A DNA stretch of 64,000 bases from Patescibacteria group bacterium (GTDB lineage Bacteria; Patescibacteriota; Patescibacteriia; UBA1558; UBA10009): NCBI GenBank assembly GCA_041662565.1, contig JBAZSE010000001.1:129084-193083 (forward strand). The letters run 5' to 3'. The position numbers were made by a program, and so were the translations under genes. The notes beneath the pieces are model-generated. The model saw only the letters and a program-made list of their open reading frames with translations, had not been told where the DNA came from and ran no database searches. Shown in pieces: positions 28,050 to 36,585 of this stretch (position 1 is the first letter of the stretch; each line of letters begins with the position of its first letter).

Positions 28050-29912
28050 ATGGCATTTAAACCAACACAACTTACTTCCAACTCTTCGGCCAATCTTGGT
28101 CCGGCCAAACTTAAAGCCCAAGAACAGAGGGAGATTTTAGAAGCGGAAAAAATTTACCGCCAGGGAGTAACTTCGGTTAAAGATTTAATCGCCCCGGCCA
28201 GTTTAAAAGTGGAACCCCGGTTGGTAGAACTTAACGGCAAATATCTTACTACCTTGTTTGCCATTAATTATCCTCGTTACATTAATGTTGGCTGGTTTTC
28301 GCCGATTATTAATTACAGTTCGCCTTTGGATATTTCCATGTTTTTTTACCAGGTAAAAACGGAAATTATTTTAAAGCAATTAAAAAATAAAGTTGGCGGT
28401 TTACAGGCCCAGTTAATGGCTGATTCCGAAAAAGGTGCTCCTAGGGATCCCTTGCGGGAAACCGCTTTAAGGGATATTGAAACTTTGCGGGATGATTTAA
28501 CCCAGGGCACCGAAAGGTTTTTTCAATTTGCATTGTACGTTACCATTTACGCCGATACCAAAGAACAGTTGGAATTGTTGGTGGAAAAAATGGAATCGTT
28601 ATTCGGTTCCAAACTGGTTTATTCCAAGCGGGCACTGTATCAGGCCGAACAGGGTTTTAATTCCTGCTTGCCTTTGGCAAACGATGAATTGCAAATTTCT
28701 TTTAACATGAATTCTTCGCCAGTGGCTTCTTCTTTTCCGTTTATTTCTTCGGAATTAACTTCCAATGACGGTATTTTATATGGCATTAATCGGCATAACA
28801 ACAGTTTGATAATTTTTGACCGATTTAGTTTGCAAAACCCCAATTCTGTGGTGTTTGCCACGGCAGGTGCCGGCAAAAGCTACGCTATTAAGTTGGAAGT
28901 GTTGCGCAGCATGATGATGGGCACCGATGTGATTATTATTGATCCCGAAAGCGAATACAAATATTTGTGCGATGCTGTTGGCGGGGCCTACATTAATATT
29001 TCCCTTAATTCCGAAACCAAGCTTAATCCGTTTGATTTGCCTAAAAATGTTTTGGGCGACGATGCCAAGCCGGCCGATATTATTCGGAGCGCGGTTATAA
29101 CCTTAAAAGGTTTGATTCGGCTGATGCTGGGGGATTTAAGCCACGAAGAGGATTCTTTGGTTGATCGAGCGCTTTTGGAAACTTATGCCAAAAAAGATAT
29201 TACCCCTCAAAGCGATTTAACCAATGTGGAACCGCCGTTAATGAAGGATTTTGAAGAAGTTTTATCGGGCTTGGCCGGTGGCGAATCATTGGTTATGCGT
29301 TTGCGCAAGTATACTACGGGTACTTTTGCCGGCTTGTTTAATAGCCCGACCAATATTGATGTTAAAAACCAGTTGATTTGTTTTTCGGTTAGAGATTTAG
29401 AAGACGAGTTAAAACCCATTGCCATTTATTCCATTGTTAATTACATCTGGACGGTCGTAAGGTCGGAACTTAAAAAAAGGATTTTGGTTATTGATGAGGC
29501 CTGGTGGCTGATGCAACGGGAAGATAGCGCCAAATTTATTTTTGCGCTGGTTAAAAGGTGTCGTAAATATTATTTGGGGGTAACTACCATTACCCAGGAT
29601 GTTAATGACTTTTTAAGTTCACCCTATGGCAAGGCCATCATTACCAACTCCTCGCTGCAATTATTGTTAAAACAATCTCCGGCAGGCATAGAAATGATTA
29701 AAAACACTTTTATGCTAACGGAAGGCGAAAAATACCTGTTATTGGAAGGCAATGTGGGAGAGGGCATCTTTTTTGCCGGCGATAAACATGTGGCCATTTT
29801 GGTTAAGGCCAGCTATACCGAAGATCAGATAATAACTTCCGATCCCAAGCAGTTATTGGAAATTGAAGCTGCTAAAAAAGAGTTTGATGCCAGTTTAACT
29901 AATCAACAATAA
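28050..29912 (+). CDS. VirB4/TraC-like secretion ATPase
   Basis: Walker A-like ATAGAGKS, IIDPESEY, Walker B ILVIDEAW, KRCRKY, TITQDV. Confidence 0.9.
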   Translation: MAFKPTQLTSNSSANLGPAKLKAQEQREILEAEKIYRQGVTSVKDLIAPASLKVEPRLVELNGKYLTTLFAINYPRYINVGWFSPIINYSSPLDISMFFYQVKTEIILKQLKNKVGGLQAQLMADSEKGAPRDPLRETALRDIETLRDDLTQGTERFFQFALYVTIYADTKEQLELLVEKMESLFGSKLVYSKRALYQAEQGFNSCLPLANDELQISFNMNSSPVASSFPFISSELTSNDGILYGINRHNNSLIIFDRFSLQNPNSVVFATAGAGKSYAIKLEVLRSMMMGTDVIIIDPESEYKYLCDAVGGAYINISLNSETKLNPFDLPKNVLGDDAKPADIIRSAVITLKGLIRLMLGDLSHEEDSLVDRALLETYAKKDITPQSDLTNVEPPLMKDFEEVLSGLAGGESLVMRLRKYTTGTFAGLFNSPTNIDVKNQLICFSVRDLEDELKPIAIYSIVNYIWTVVRSELKKRILVIDEAWWLMQREDSAKFIFALVKRCRKYYLGVTTITQDVNDFLSSPYGKAIITNSSLQLLLKQSPAGIEMIKNTFMLTEGEKYLLLEGNVGEGIFFAGDKHVAILVKASYTEDQIITSDPKQLLEIEAAKKEFDASLTNQQ

Positions 29913-29913
29913 T

Positions 29914-30492
29914 ATGTCCCGTAAAAAAATTATTATCATTGCCATTTCCGTTTTGGTTTTAGCCGGCTTAGCTGTTGCTTTATTATTAATGGACGGTTCT
30001 TGGTTTGCGCCAAAAGTTGCTCCTGTTAACAATAATAATAACGCTACCACTACCTTGCCTCAGGTAAATAAAGGCGCAATACCTTTGGTGCCAAAAATTA
30101 CCTTAAAACCGCAAGAGCAGGCAGTTAGCACGGTGGCGCGCAATTTTGCCGAACGTTTTGGTAGTTATTCTACCGATAGCCAAATGGTTAATTTGGATGA
30201 GCTGGGCTTGATTTCCACCGCTAAAATGCAAACAACGCTTGTTTTGTTAAAAACGGAATTAAAAAAACAATATGATCCGGCAAAGGGTTTTTACGGCGTT
30301 TCTTCCAGGGCTTTAAAAATAGCTATTAATGATTTGGATGAAAATCAAGGTACGGCACAAGTAACTGTTAGTTTACAGAGGTCGGAACGCAAGGATGGCG
30401 CCGTTGATTATGTTTATTATCAAGATGTTGTGTTATCGTTAGTTAAATCAGGCGATGTTTGGCTGGTTGATAGCGCTAAATGGCAAGAATAA
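29914..30492 (+). CDS. Bitopic membrane protein, possible VirB8/TcpC-like NTF2 fold
   Basis: N-terminal TM; ARNFAERFGSYS; C-terminal LVKSGDVWLVDSAKW. Fold assignment is inference. Confidence 0.6.
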   Translation: MSRKKIIIIAISVLVLAGLAVALLLMDGSWFAPKVAPVNNNNNATTTLPQVNKGAIPLVPKITLKPQEQAVSTVARNFAERFGSYSTDSQMVNLDELGLISTAKMQTTLVLLKTELKKQYDPAKGFYGVSSRALKIAINDLDENQGTAQVTVSLQRSERKDGAVDYVYYQDVVLSLVKSGDVWLVDSAKWQE

Positions 30493-30496
30493 TAAT

Positions 30497-31306
30497 ATGG
30501 CCGTTGCCCGTAAATTAGATCCGAAAGAAGAACAAGAATTAGCCCGTTTGTTGGCAGTGGTAAAAAAGGCAGACAGGAACAAACCTGCCAAAAGATTGGG
30601 TTCATCATCTGGCAATTCCACCAAACCGTTAACTCCCATGAATCCATTGGCTCAATCATCCGGATTTGATTCAGAGAACGACCAAGAAGAAATGGGTGAT
30701 CAAGAAAACACGGATCAATCCCCAGTGGGTGAATCTGAACAAGCAGGGAATCGTCCACAAGGCAGACAAGCAGCAGTTAGATTTGTTAATAATGCTCGGA
30801 ACCTAATTGAAAATAACGATTTGCCTGCTTTTGGTGATAAGAAGTTTAGGGAGGACTATGATAATTTTAAAAAAACCTCATTTGGACTAAAAACGCCTGC
30901 TGGCGCCATTAAAGAAGGTATAAAGCTGGGTTTAAGTTTAAGGCGGGGTTTGGCCGAAGGAGCATTTAGCTCATTTTTACTTATCTTATTGTTGGCCGTG
31001 ATTAAGGACTTATGGGATGTTTTGGATGTATCCACTTTAACAGGCGATATAGTTGGTTTGTTTATCACTACCACTGTGCTGGTGGCTTTATCTTTCCAGG
31101 GCACCTGGTTTAAGCGCTGGCTGATTAAAAAGTATTTAAAAAAATATATTTTGGCGATTTTGGCGGAACTGATTCCCGGGGTGGCTATTTTTCCTACTTT
31201 TACCATTATGGTGTTAATAATTAAATTCCAAAATGATAAAAGAATGGGTCAGCAAAAATTAATGGTAGAAGATTACGAAGAAGAGCTGGCTAAGTTGAAA
31301 GTTTAA
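30497..31306 (+). CDS. Hypothetical membrane protein
   Basis: Probable ATG at 30497; disordered N-terminus, 3-4 TM segments, ELIPG..IFP motif. Confidence 0.7.
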   Translation: MAVARKLDPKEEQELARLLAVVKKADRNKPAKRLGSSSGNSTKPLTPMNPLAQSSGFDSENDQEEMGDQENTDQSPVGESEQAGNRPQGRQAAVRFVNNARNLIENNDLPAFGDKKFREDYDNFKKTSFGLKTPAGAIKEGIKLGLSLRRGLAEGAFSSFLLILLLAVIKDLWDVLDVSTLTGDIVGLFITTTVLVALSFQGTWFKRWLIKKYLKKYILAILAELIPGVAIFPTFTIMVLIIKFQNDKRMGQQKLMVEDYEEELAKLKV

Positions 31307-31313
31307 GGGGGAT

Positions 31314-31380
31314 GAAGAATAATGAATAAGGAATAATGAATTTTCAAATTATTCCTTATTCCTAATTCCTTATTCTATTC
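31314..31380. repeat. Degenerate heptamer tandem/inverted repeat
   Basis: GAATAAT/GAATAAG units followed by complementary TTATTCC/TAATTCC units. Confidence 0.65.
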
Positions 31381-31382
31381 AT

Positions 31383-32632
31383 ATGAACGAACGTTTTAAA
31401 AAAATTATCATAGTTATCCTTTTTGCCGCCGCGGTTTTTACCATGGCTTATCTTATTTATTATTATTTTTTTAAGCCGGTCCAACCGGATGTTTTGCCTT
31501 TAAATAATAATCAAAACCAAAATTTCCCAGGGGGCCAGCTTCCGTTGATTAATTCAGGAGATGTGAATCGCATTGGCAATACCAATGTTAACGGGGCGCT
31601 TCCTAGCATCAGCCAATTGCCCGAAGGCGTAATTATTTCCGAAACAGCCACCGGCGGTTATACCCGGGTTAACTCGATTGGTAGTTCAAAACTTATTTCG
31701 CCCCAGCTTAACAGCAGTGGAGGTTTTAATTATTTTAATTCTGCTGAAGGCCGGTTTTATAAAATAGGCGCCGATGGCACAGCTACCCAGCTTACTGCCG
31801 AACGTTTTTACGCTGTGCAAAAAGTAACTTGGTCTCCGGGCGGGGCCAGCGCTGTTTTGGAATATCCCGATGGCTCCAACATTGTTTACGATTTTGCCAA
31901 AAATCAGCAATATAGTTTGCCTAAAGAATTGGAAAATTTTTCTTTTTCTTCCAGCGGAGGCGAACTGGCCGCCTCGGCCATTGGGCAGGGCGAAGAAAAC
32001 AATTGGATAGTAACCGCTAATCCGGATGGCTCCAATATTCAATTTGTGGAACGCTTGGGCGCTAACGCCGATAAGGTGGATATTAATTGGTCTCCCAACG
32101 GCCAAATGGTGGCTATGTACAAAAAAAATGTTGGCACAGACGCGCAAGAATTATTTTTATCGGCCGGAACGAAGAAAATTTTCAATCATTAACCGTTAAT
32201 GGCGGGGGATTTACGGGCAAATGGGCGCCTACAGGCAATAGATTGTTGTACAGCGTTTATCGCCATGATAATGATTTAAAGCCCATTTTACAATCGGTTG
32301 TTGCCGGGGGTGATAATACCGGTTCGAATAATATTGATCTAGGGTTAAACACTTGGCCCAATAAATGTGCTATTGCCAATGATGGTGTTACGGCTTACTG
32401 CGGGGTGCCGGATTATTTGCCAAAAGGCAGCGGCTTGTATCCTGTTTTAGCCAATGATTCCAGTGATATGTTTTATAAAGTTAATTTAGCCACAGGCGAA
32501 AAGTTTTTATTAGCCCAGCCAGTTGGCGAAGCCAGTAGTTATTCGGCTGATAAGGTATTTTTATCTGCCGATGAAAAAACTTTGTATTGGCAGGATGCCA
32601 AATCCGGGCGGATGTATAATATAAAGTTATAG
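31383..32632 (+). pseudogene. Membrane-anchored TolB/WD40-like beta-propeller protein split by a frameshift near 32150-32160
   Basis: ORFs 31383-32192 and 32087-32632 overlap. Propeller-type motifs (VTWSPGG, FSFSSSG, INWSPNG | KWAPTG, FLSADE) continue across frames; one extra base gives ...DAQELFFIGRNEENF. Confidence 0.7.
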
Positions 32633-32643
32633 TATAATTGTTT

Positions 32644-33324
32644 ATGTCCGATTTAAATCCAAAACAGCTTAATTTATTCATCAAACTGGCTTTGTTAGTT
32701 TTGGTAATTTTTACGATCCTTATTATTGTTCGTTCTTTTTACGGTTCCAAGGCCTTAAAAGATAGCGAAGAATATTTAGCTTCTTTAACTAATGTGGCTG
32801 TGCAAACAAGTGAACCATCCTTAACGGAGCCAATAACCCGGGCCACTGATCCAACTTTAGGCAATGCGGATGCTAAAAATAAAATAGTTGTTTACAGCGA
32901 TTTTCAGTGCCCTTATTGCGCTACCGCCATGCAAGTTTTAGCCCAGCTGTTAAAACAACATCCGATTGATTTATTGATTACTTGGAAGGATTTTCCCAAT
33001 CCCGATCATCCCCAAGCTCAAGGTGCAGCTGTAGTCGCCAGGTGCGCTGCTGCACAAAATAAGTTTTGGGATTTTCATGATTATCTTTATGCCAACCAGG
33101 ATCAACTCGGCCCTTCTTTGTATCCGCAAATCGTCGCTAGTTTAAAAATGGATCTTAATACCTTTAACCAATGCAATGACAATCAAATAGGCCTGCCTTT
33201 GGTTGAAGAAAACTTTACTGAAGCCATGGGCTTGCGTTTAGACGGCACGCCATATTTGTTTGTTAATAACCAAAAATATGTAGGAGCCATTAATGTGGCC
33301 GAATTGGAAAAAATGCTGAAGTGA
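32644..33324 (+). CDS. Membrane-anchored DsbA-family thiol-disulfide oxidoreductase
   Basis: N-terminal TM; YSDFQCPYC; KFWDFHDYL; cis-Pro loop DGTPY. Confidence 0.92.
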   Translation: MSDLNPKQLNLFIKLALLVLVIFTILIIVRSFYGSKALKDSEEYLASLTNVAVQTSEPSLTEPITRATDPTLGNADAKNKIVVYSDFQCPYCATAMQVLAQLLKQHPIDLLITWKDFPNPDHPQAQGAAVVARCAAAQNKFWDFHDYLYANQDQLGPSLYPQIVASLKMDLNTFNQCNDNQIGLPLVEENFTEAMGLRLDGTPYLFVNNQKYVGAINVAELEKMLK

Positions 33325-33398
33325 GATATAATAGGCATATAACCTAAAGGGTAGATAGTGTATCAATTTTACTCGTTTTACGGCTAAAAACAGCAACT

Positions 33399-35156
33399 AT
33401 GAAATCCACTAAAATCTTATTATTAACTTTTTACTTTCTTGGATTAGGATTCTTAGCTTTGCCTCAAAATGCTATAGCGCAAGACTTAACAGGTCAATGC
33501 TGTGTTTGCATAACTGCCACTGGGGATGTTGTTAATGATACATCCTGCACATTTTATTTAACAGCTGATCAATGTCATGCCAAGAGTACCACTCCTCCCG
33601 ATGTAGGCGAGCAAACAGGAGACATACAAAGGGAGTATACAGCAACAACTTGCAGTTTAGCTGCTTGCTCAAACCCATCATGTCCTGCTTTACCTCAAAA
33701 TCCGCAAGATAGTCAAAGGATTAAACAATCCAATCTAAAATTTATTCCTAATATTTCTATTCCGGGAGCTTCAAAATTTCAACAAGGCGTGGGCACTGAT
33801 GTTACTCAAAGCTTATTGCCCGAGTATATTCAATCTTTGTATAAATTTTTTGTGGGCATTGCGGGAATTTTGGCAGTAGTAATGATTGCCATTGGTGGGT
33901 TAATATGGTTGTTTTCCGGCGGTGATTCCGGAAAAATTACAAAGGCCAAAGAAATAATAGTTGGCGCCATTGTTGGTTTAATTTTGGTTTTAACTTCATA
34001 TTTAATTTTAAATACGATTAATCCCAAGCTGGTCAGTTTTGCACCTTTAGGAGTGTATAAATTTAGTGAATTGCATGTGGGTACTTTTTGCGAGCCAAAC
34101 GAAAGAGTTTTGGTAGATGGCAAGCCAACAGTAGGCAATACTTTAAGATGCGGTCAAAAAGCCACGGTTGAAGGTAGTAATGAATCGTGCTTAGGTTATG
34201 GCTGTCCTAATTATCAAAATGGCGAAGTGTGTTATTTTAATCCAGGTATGCAGGAGGCAAAATGCTTAAGCTGTAATACTACAGATGATGATTTAATGTC
34301 TTTGTATAATATATCTCAAAATGACGCTGGTTGTTCGGCCTTAACGCCGCCTAAAGAGTATCAACCAATTGATCATAAGCAGTTATGTGTTTTTACCGAG
34401 GCTAGTCATGTTGACCCTAATGATGACACTTGTGCCTTAATTGATGTTGATTGTGGTAATGTTAATTCTTGTAGCAGTTATGATGATGCAAAGATAGGGG
34501 ATTTATATTTTGGTCATGGTGTTGGAATAGATTGGGCTGAAAGAAGCCATTTAGAAAGAATTTGTACTAATGACATTAATAATAATCCCAGTAGAACCGG
34601 TATTTGTGAGGCGGAGAATCCTTCTACCGGACAATTTTGGCTGAACGCCAATAAGACCTGTTACATACAAAATGATAGCGATTGCCGAGAAAGAATTGTT
34701 AATCAAGGCGAGCAACAAGTTGTTTCTGGCTGGACATATGATCCTGGTATTCAAGATCAAATGGTTGATGCTTCTGATGATTTAAAACAACTATTAAATT
34801 GTTTAAGGCCTAAATTGGATGAATTTGAAAAACAGCTTAGTCAGCCAGGCAGACCTCTTAAGATCGGTCGGATTTCTTCCATTAGTGACGCTGATTACAT
34901 TGGTAATGTAGGAGCTTGTAAAGTTACACCTAAGCCGGCTAAGTGCGATCATAGTGGAGCTTCATGCCATTATGGAGGAGATCAAAATGACGGTAAATCA
35001 TATGGAGTGGATATTGGCGATGAAGCTAATGGTCAGTATATTGAGCAAGCAGCTTCCGAATGCCAACATGGCTATATGGCTTTAGAGGGTACTCCTGGCC
35101 AACCGGGAGCGCATTATCATATTTCTACAGCTAGTTGTCGCATCCAAGGAGAATAA
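33399..35156 (+). CDS. VirB2/TrbC-like pilin-domain protein with Cys-rich region and putative C-terminal M15-like Zn peptidase domain
   Basis: Signal peptide; pilin hairpin GIAGILAVVMIAIGGLIWLFSGG...KAKEII..AIVGL...SYLILNTINP; C-terminal SCHYGG...YGVD and HYHIS. Confidence 0.7.
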   Translation: MKSTKILLLTFYFLGLGFLALPQNAIAQDLTGQCCVCITATGDVVNDTSCTFYLTADQCHAKSTTPPDVGEQTGDIQREYTATTCSLAACSNPSCPALPQNPQDSQRIKQSNLKFIPNISIPGASKFQQGVGTDVTQSLLPEYIQSLYKFFVGIAGILAVVMIAIGGLIWLFSGGDSGKITKAKEIIVGAIVGLILVLTSYLILNTINPKLVSFAPLGVYKFSELHVGTFCEPNERVLVDGKPTVGNTLRCGQKATVEGSNESCLGYGCPNYQNGEVCYFNPGMQEAKCLSCNTTDDDLMSLYNISQNDAGCSALTPPKEYQPIDHKQLCVFTEASHVDPNDDTCALIDVDCGNVNSCSSYDDAKIGDLYFGHGVGIDWAERSHLERICTNDINNNPSRTGICEAENPSTGQFWLNANKTCYIQNDSDCRERIVNQGEQQVVSGWTYDPGIQDQMVDASDDLKQLLNCLRPKLDEFEKQLSQPGRPLKIGRISSISDADYIGNVGACKVTPKPAKCDHSGASCHYGGDQNDGKSYGVDIGDEANGQYIEQAASECQHGYMALEGTPGQPGAHYHISTASCRIQGE

Positions 35157-35167
35157 ATTTTATTTTT

Positions 35168-35203
35168 AAAAATCCTCAATTACTTTATTTTTTGGGGATT
35201 TTT
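35168..35203. terminator. Intrinsic terminator
   Basis: AAAAATCCTCAA...TTGGGGATTTTT just after the stop at 35156. Confidence 0.6.
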
Positions 35204-35241
35204 GATTTGCGGAAAAAGCCAAAATCTGTTAATTTTACCCT

Positions 35242-36585
35242 ATGAATTCAACAATCTTTACTTGTTCAAAGTGCGATGGGCAAGCCCTAAAATGGGCTGG
35301 CCGTTGTTTGGAATGCGGTGCCTGGGGTACTCTGACGGAAGGGACAAATAACAAGATACAATCAACAAGGAAAACTCAAAAATCAAATACTAAACCATCA
35401 AACGAGGTGGTGGACTTAACTCAAAACTCAAAACTCAAAACTGGCAATTATCATAAGTTGGTTACCGGTTTTACCGAATTTGATAAGGTGTTGGGAGGCG
35501 GTATTACTCCAGGCAGCTTGATTTTATTGGGTGGAGATCCGGGGGTTGGTAAATCCACCATGGCTTTACAGCTTGCCAGTGGTTTTAAGGAAGAAGTTTT
35601 GTATGTTTCCGCCGAAGAATCAGCCGATCAAGTGTCGGGCCGACTCTCTCGTTTAGTTAAAGGCCAAGGCAGTTTAAAATTTTTAAAAGAAGATGATTTG
35701 GAAACTATTTTAGCCACTATTGAAGATAATCAACCGCAATTGGTAATTATTGATTCCATTCAAACCATTTACTTGGATGAGGTTAAATCTTTAGCCGGCA
35801 GTATTAACCAGCTTAAGGCCTGTACGGTCCGGCTTTTGGAATGCGCCAAAAATAACAATATCAGCATTATTTTAATCGGCCATGTTACTAAAGAAGGCGA
35901 ACTGGCCGGACCTAAAACCACCGAACATTTGGTGGACGTAGTATTATATTTAGAAGGCGATAAATACAAGCAGTATAGATTACTTAGGGCGGCTAAAAAT
36001 CGTTTTGGTTCAACCGATGAAGTGGCTATTTTAGAAATGACTAAAGAGGGCTTAACGGCAGTGGCTAACCCTTCCAAAATATTTTTAGCCGAAAGCCATC
36101 AACAGCCGGGCGCGGTTATTTGCGCCGTCGCCGAGGGCTCGCAGATTTTTTTGGTGGAAGTTCAGGCCTTGGTAAGTAAAACAACTTTTAATTATCCCAA
36201 GCGTTCCAGTTCGGGGTTTGACCAAAAGAGATTGGAATTATTAACCACTATTTTAAGCAAACGAGCTAACATTAATTTGGCTAACTTTGATGTTTATTTA
36301 AATATTGCCGGTGGCTTAACTTTAAAAGAGCCCGCCTTGGATTTGGCTGTTTGCGCCGCGATTAACAGCGCGTATCATGATAAGGTCTGGCCGGCAAAAA
36401 CCGTTATTTTTGGCGAGGTTGGTTTGGCGGGCGAAGTGCGAACTGTGGCCAAAACCAAAGAACGCTTAAAAGAATCTTTAAAGCTTGGGTTTACTAAAAT
36501 TGTTTTACCCTCTTTTGAGGGAGAAATTAAAGGCGTAACGGCAATTAAGGTAAAAGAGGTTAAAGAGATTGCTAAATTATTCTAA
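35242..36585 (+). CDS. radA: DNA repair protein RadA/Sms
   Basis: CSKC..KWAGRCLECGAW Zn finger, GGDPGVGKST, IDSIQT, GHVTK, KNRFG, GEVGLAGEVR. Confidence 0.97.
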   Translation: MNSTIFTCSKCDGQALKWAGRCLECGAWGTLTEGTNNKIQSTRKTQKSNTKPSNEVVDLTQNSKLKTGNYHKLVTGFTEFDKVLGGGITPGSLILLGGDPGVGKSTMALQLASGFKEEVLYVSAEESADQVSGRLSRLVKGQGSLKFLKEDDLETILATIEDNQPQLVIIDSIQTIYLDEVKSLAGSINQLKACTVRLLECAKNNNISIILIGHVTKEGELAGPKTTEHLVDVVLYLEGDKYKQYRLLRAAKNRFGSTDEVAILEMTKEGLTAVANPSKIFLAESHQQPGAVICAVAEGSQIFLVEVQALVSKTTFNYPKRSSSGFDQKRLELLTTILSKRANINLANFDVYLNIAGGLTLKEPALDLAVCAAINSAYHDKVWPAKTVIFGEVGLAGEVRTVAKTKERLKESLKLGFTKIVLPSFEGEIKGVTAIKVKEVKEIAKLF

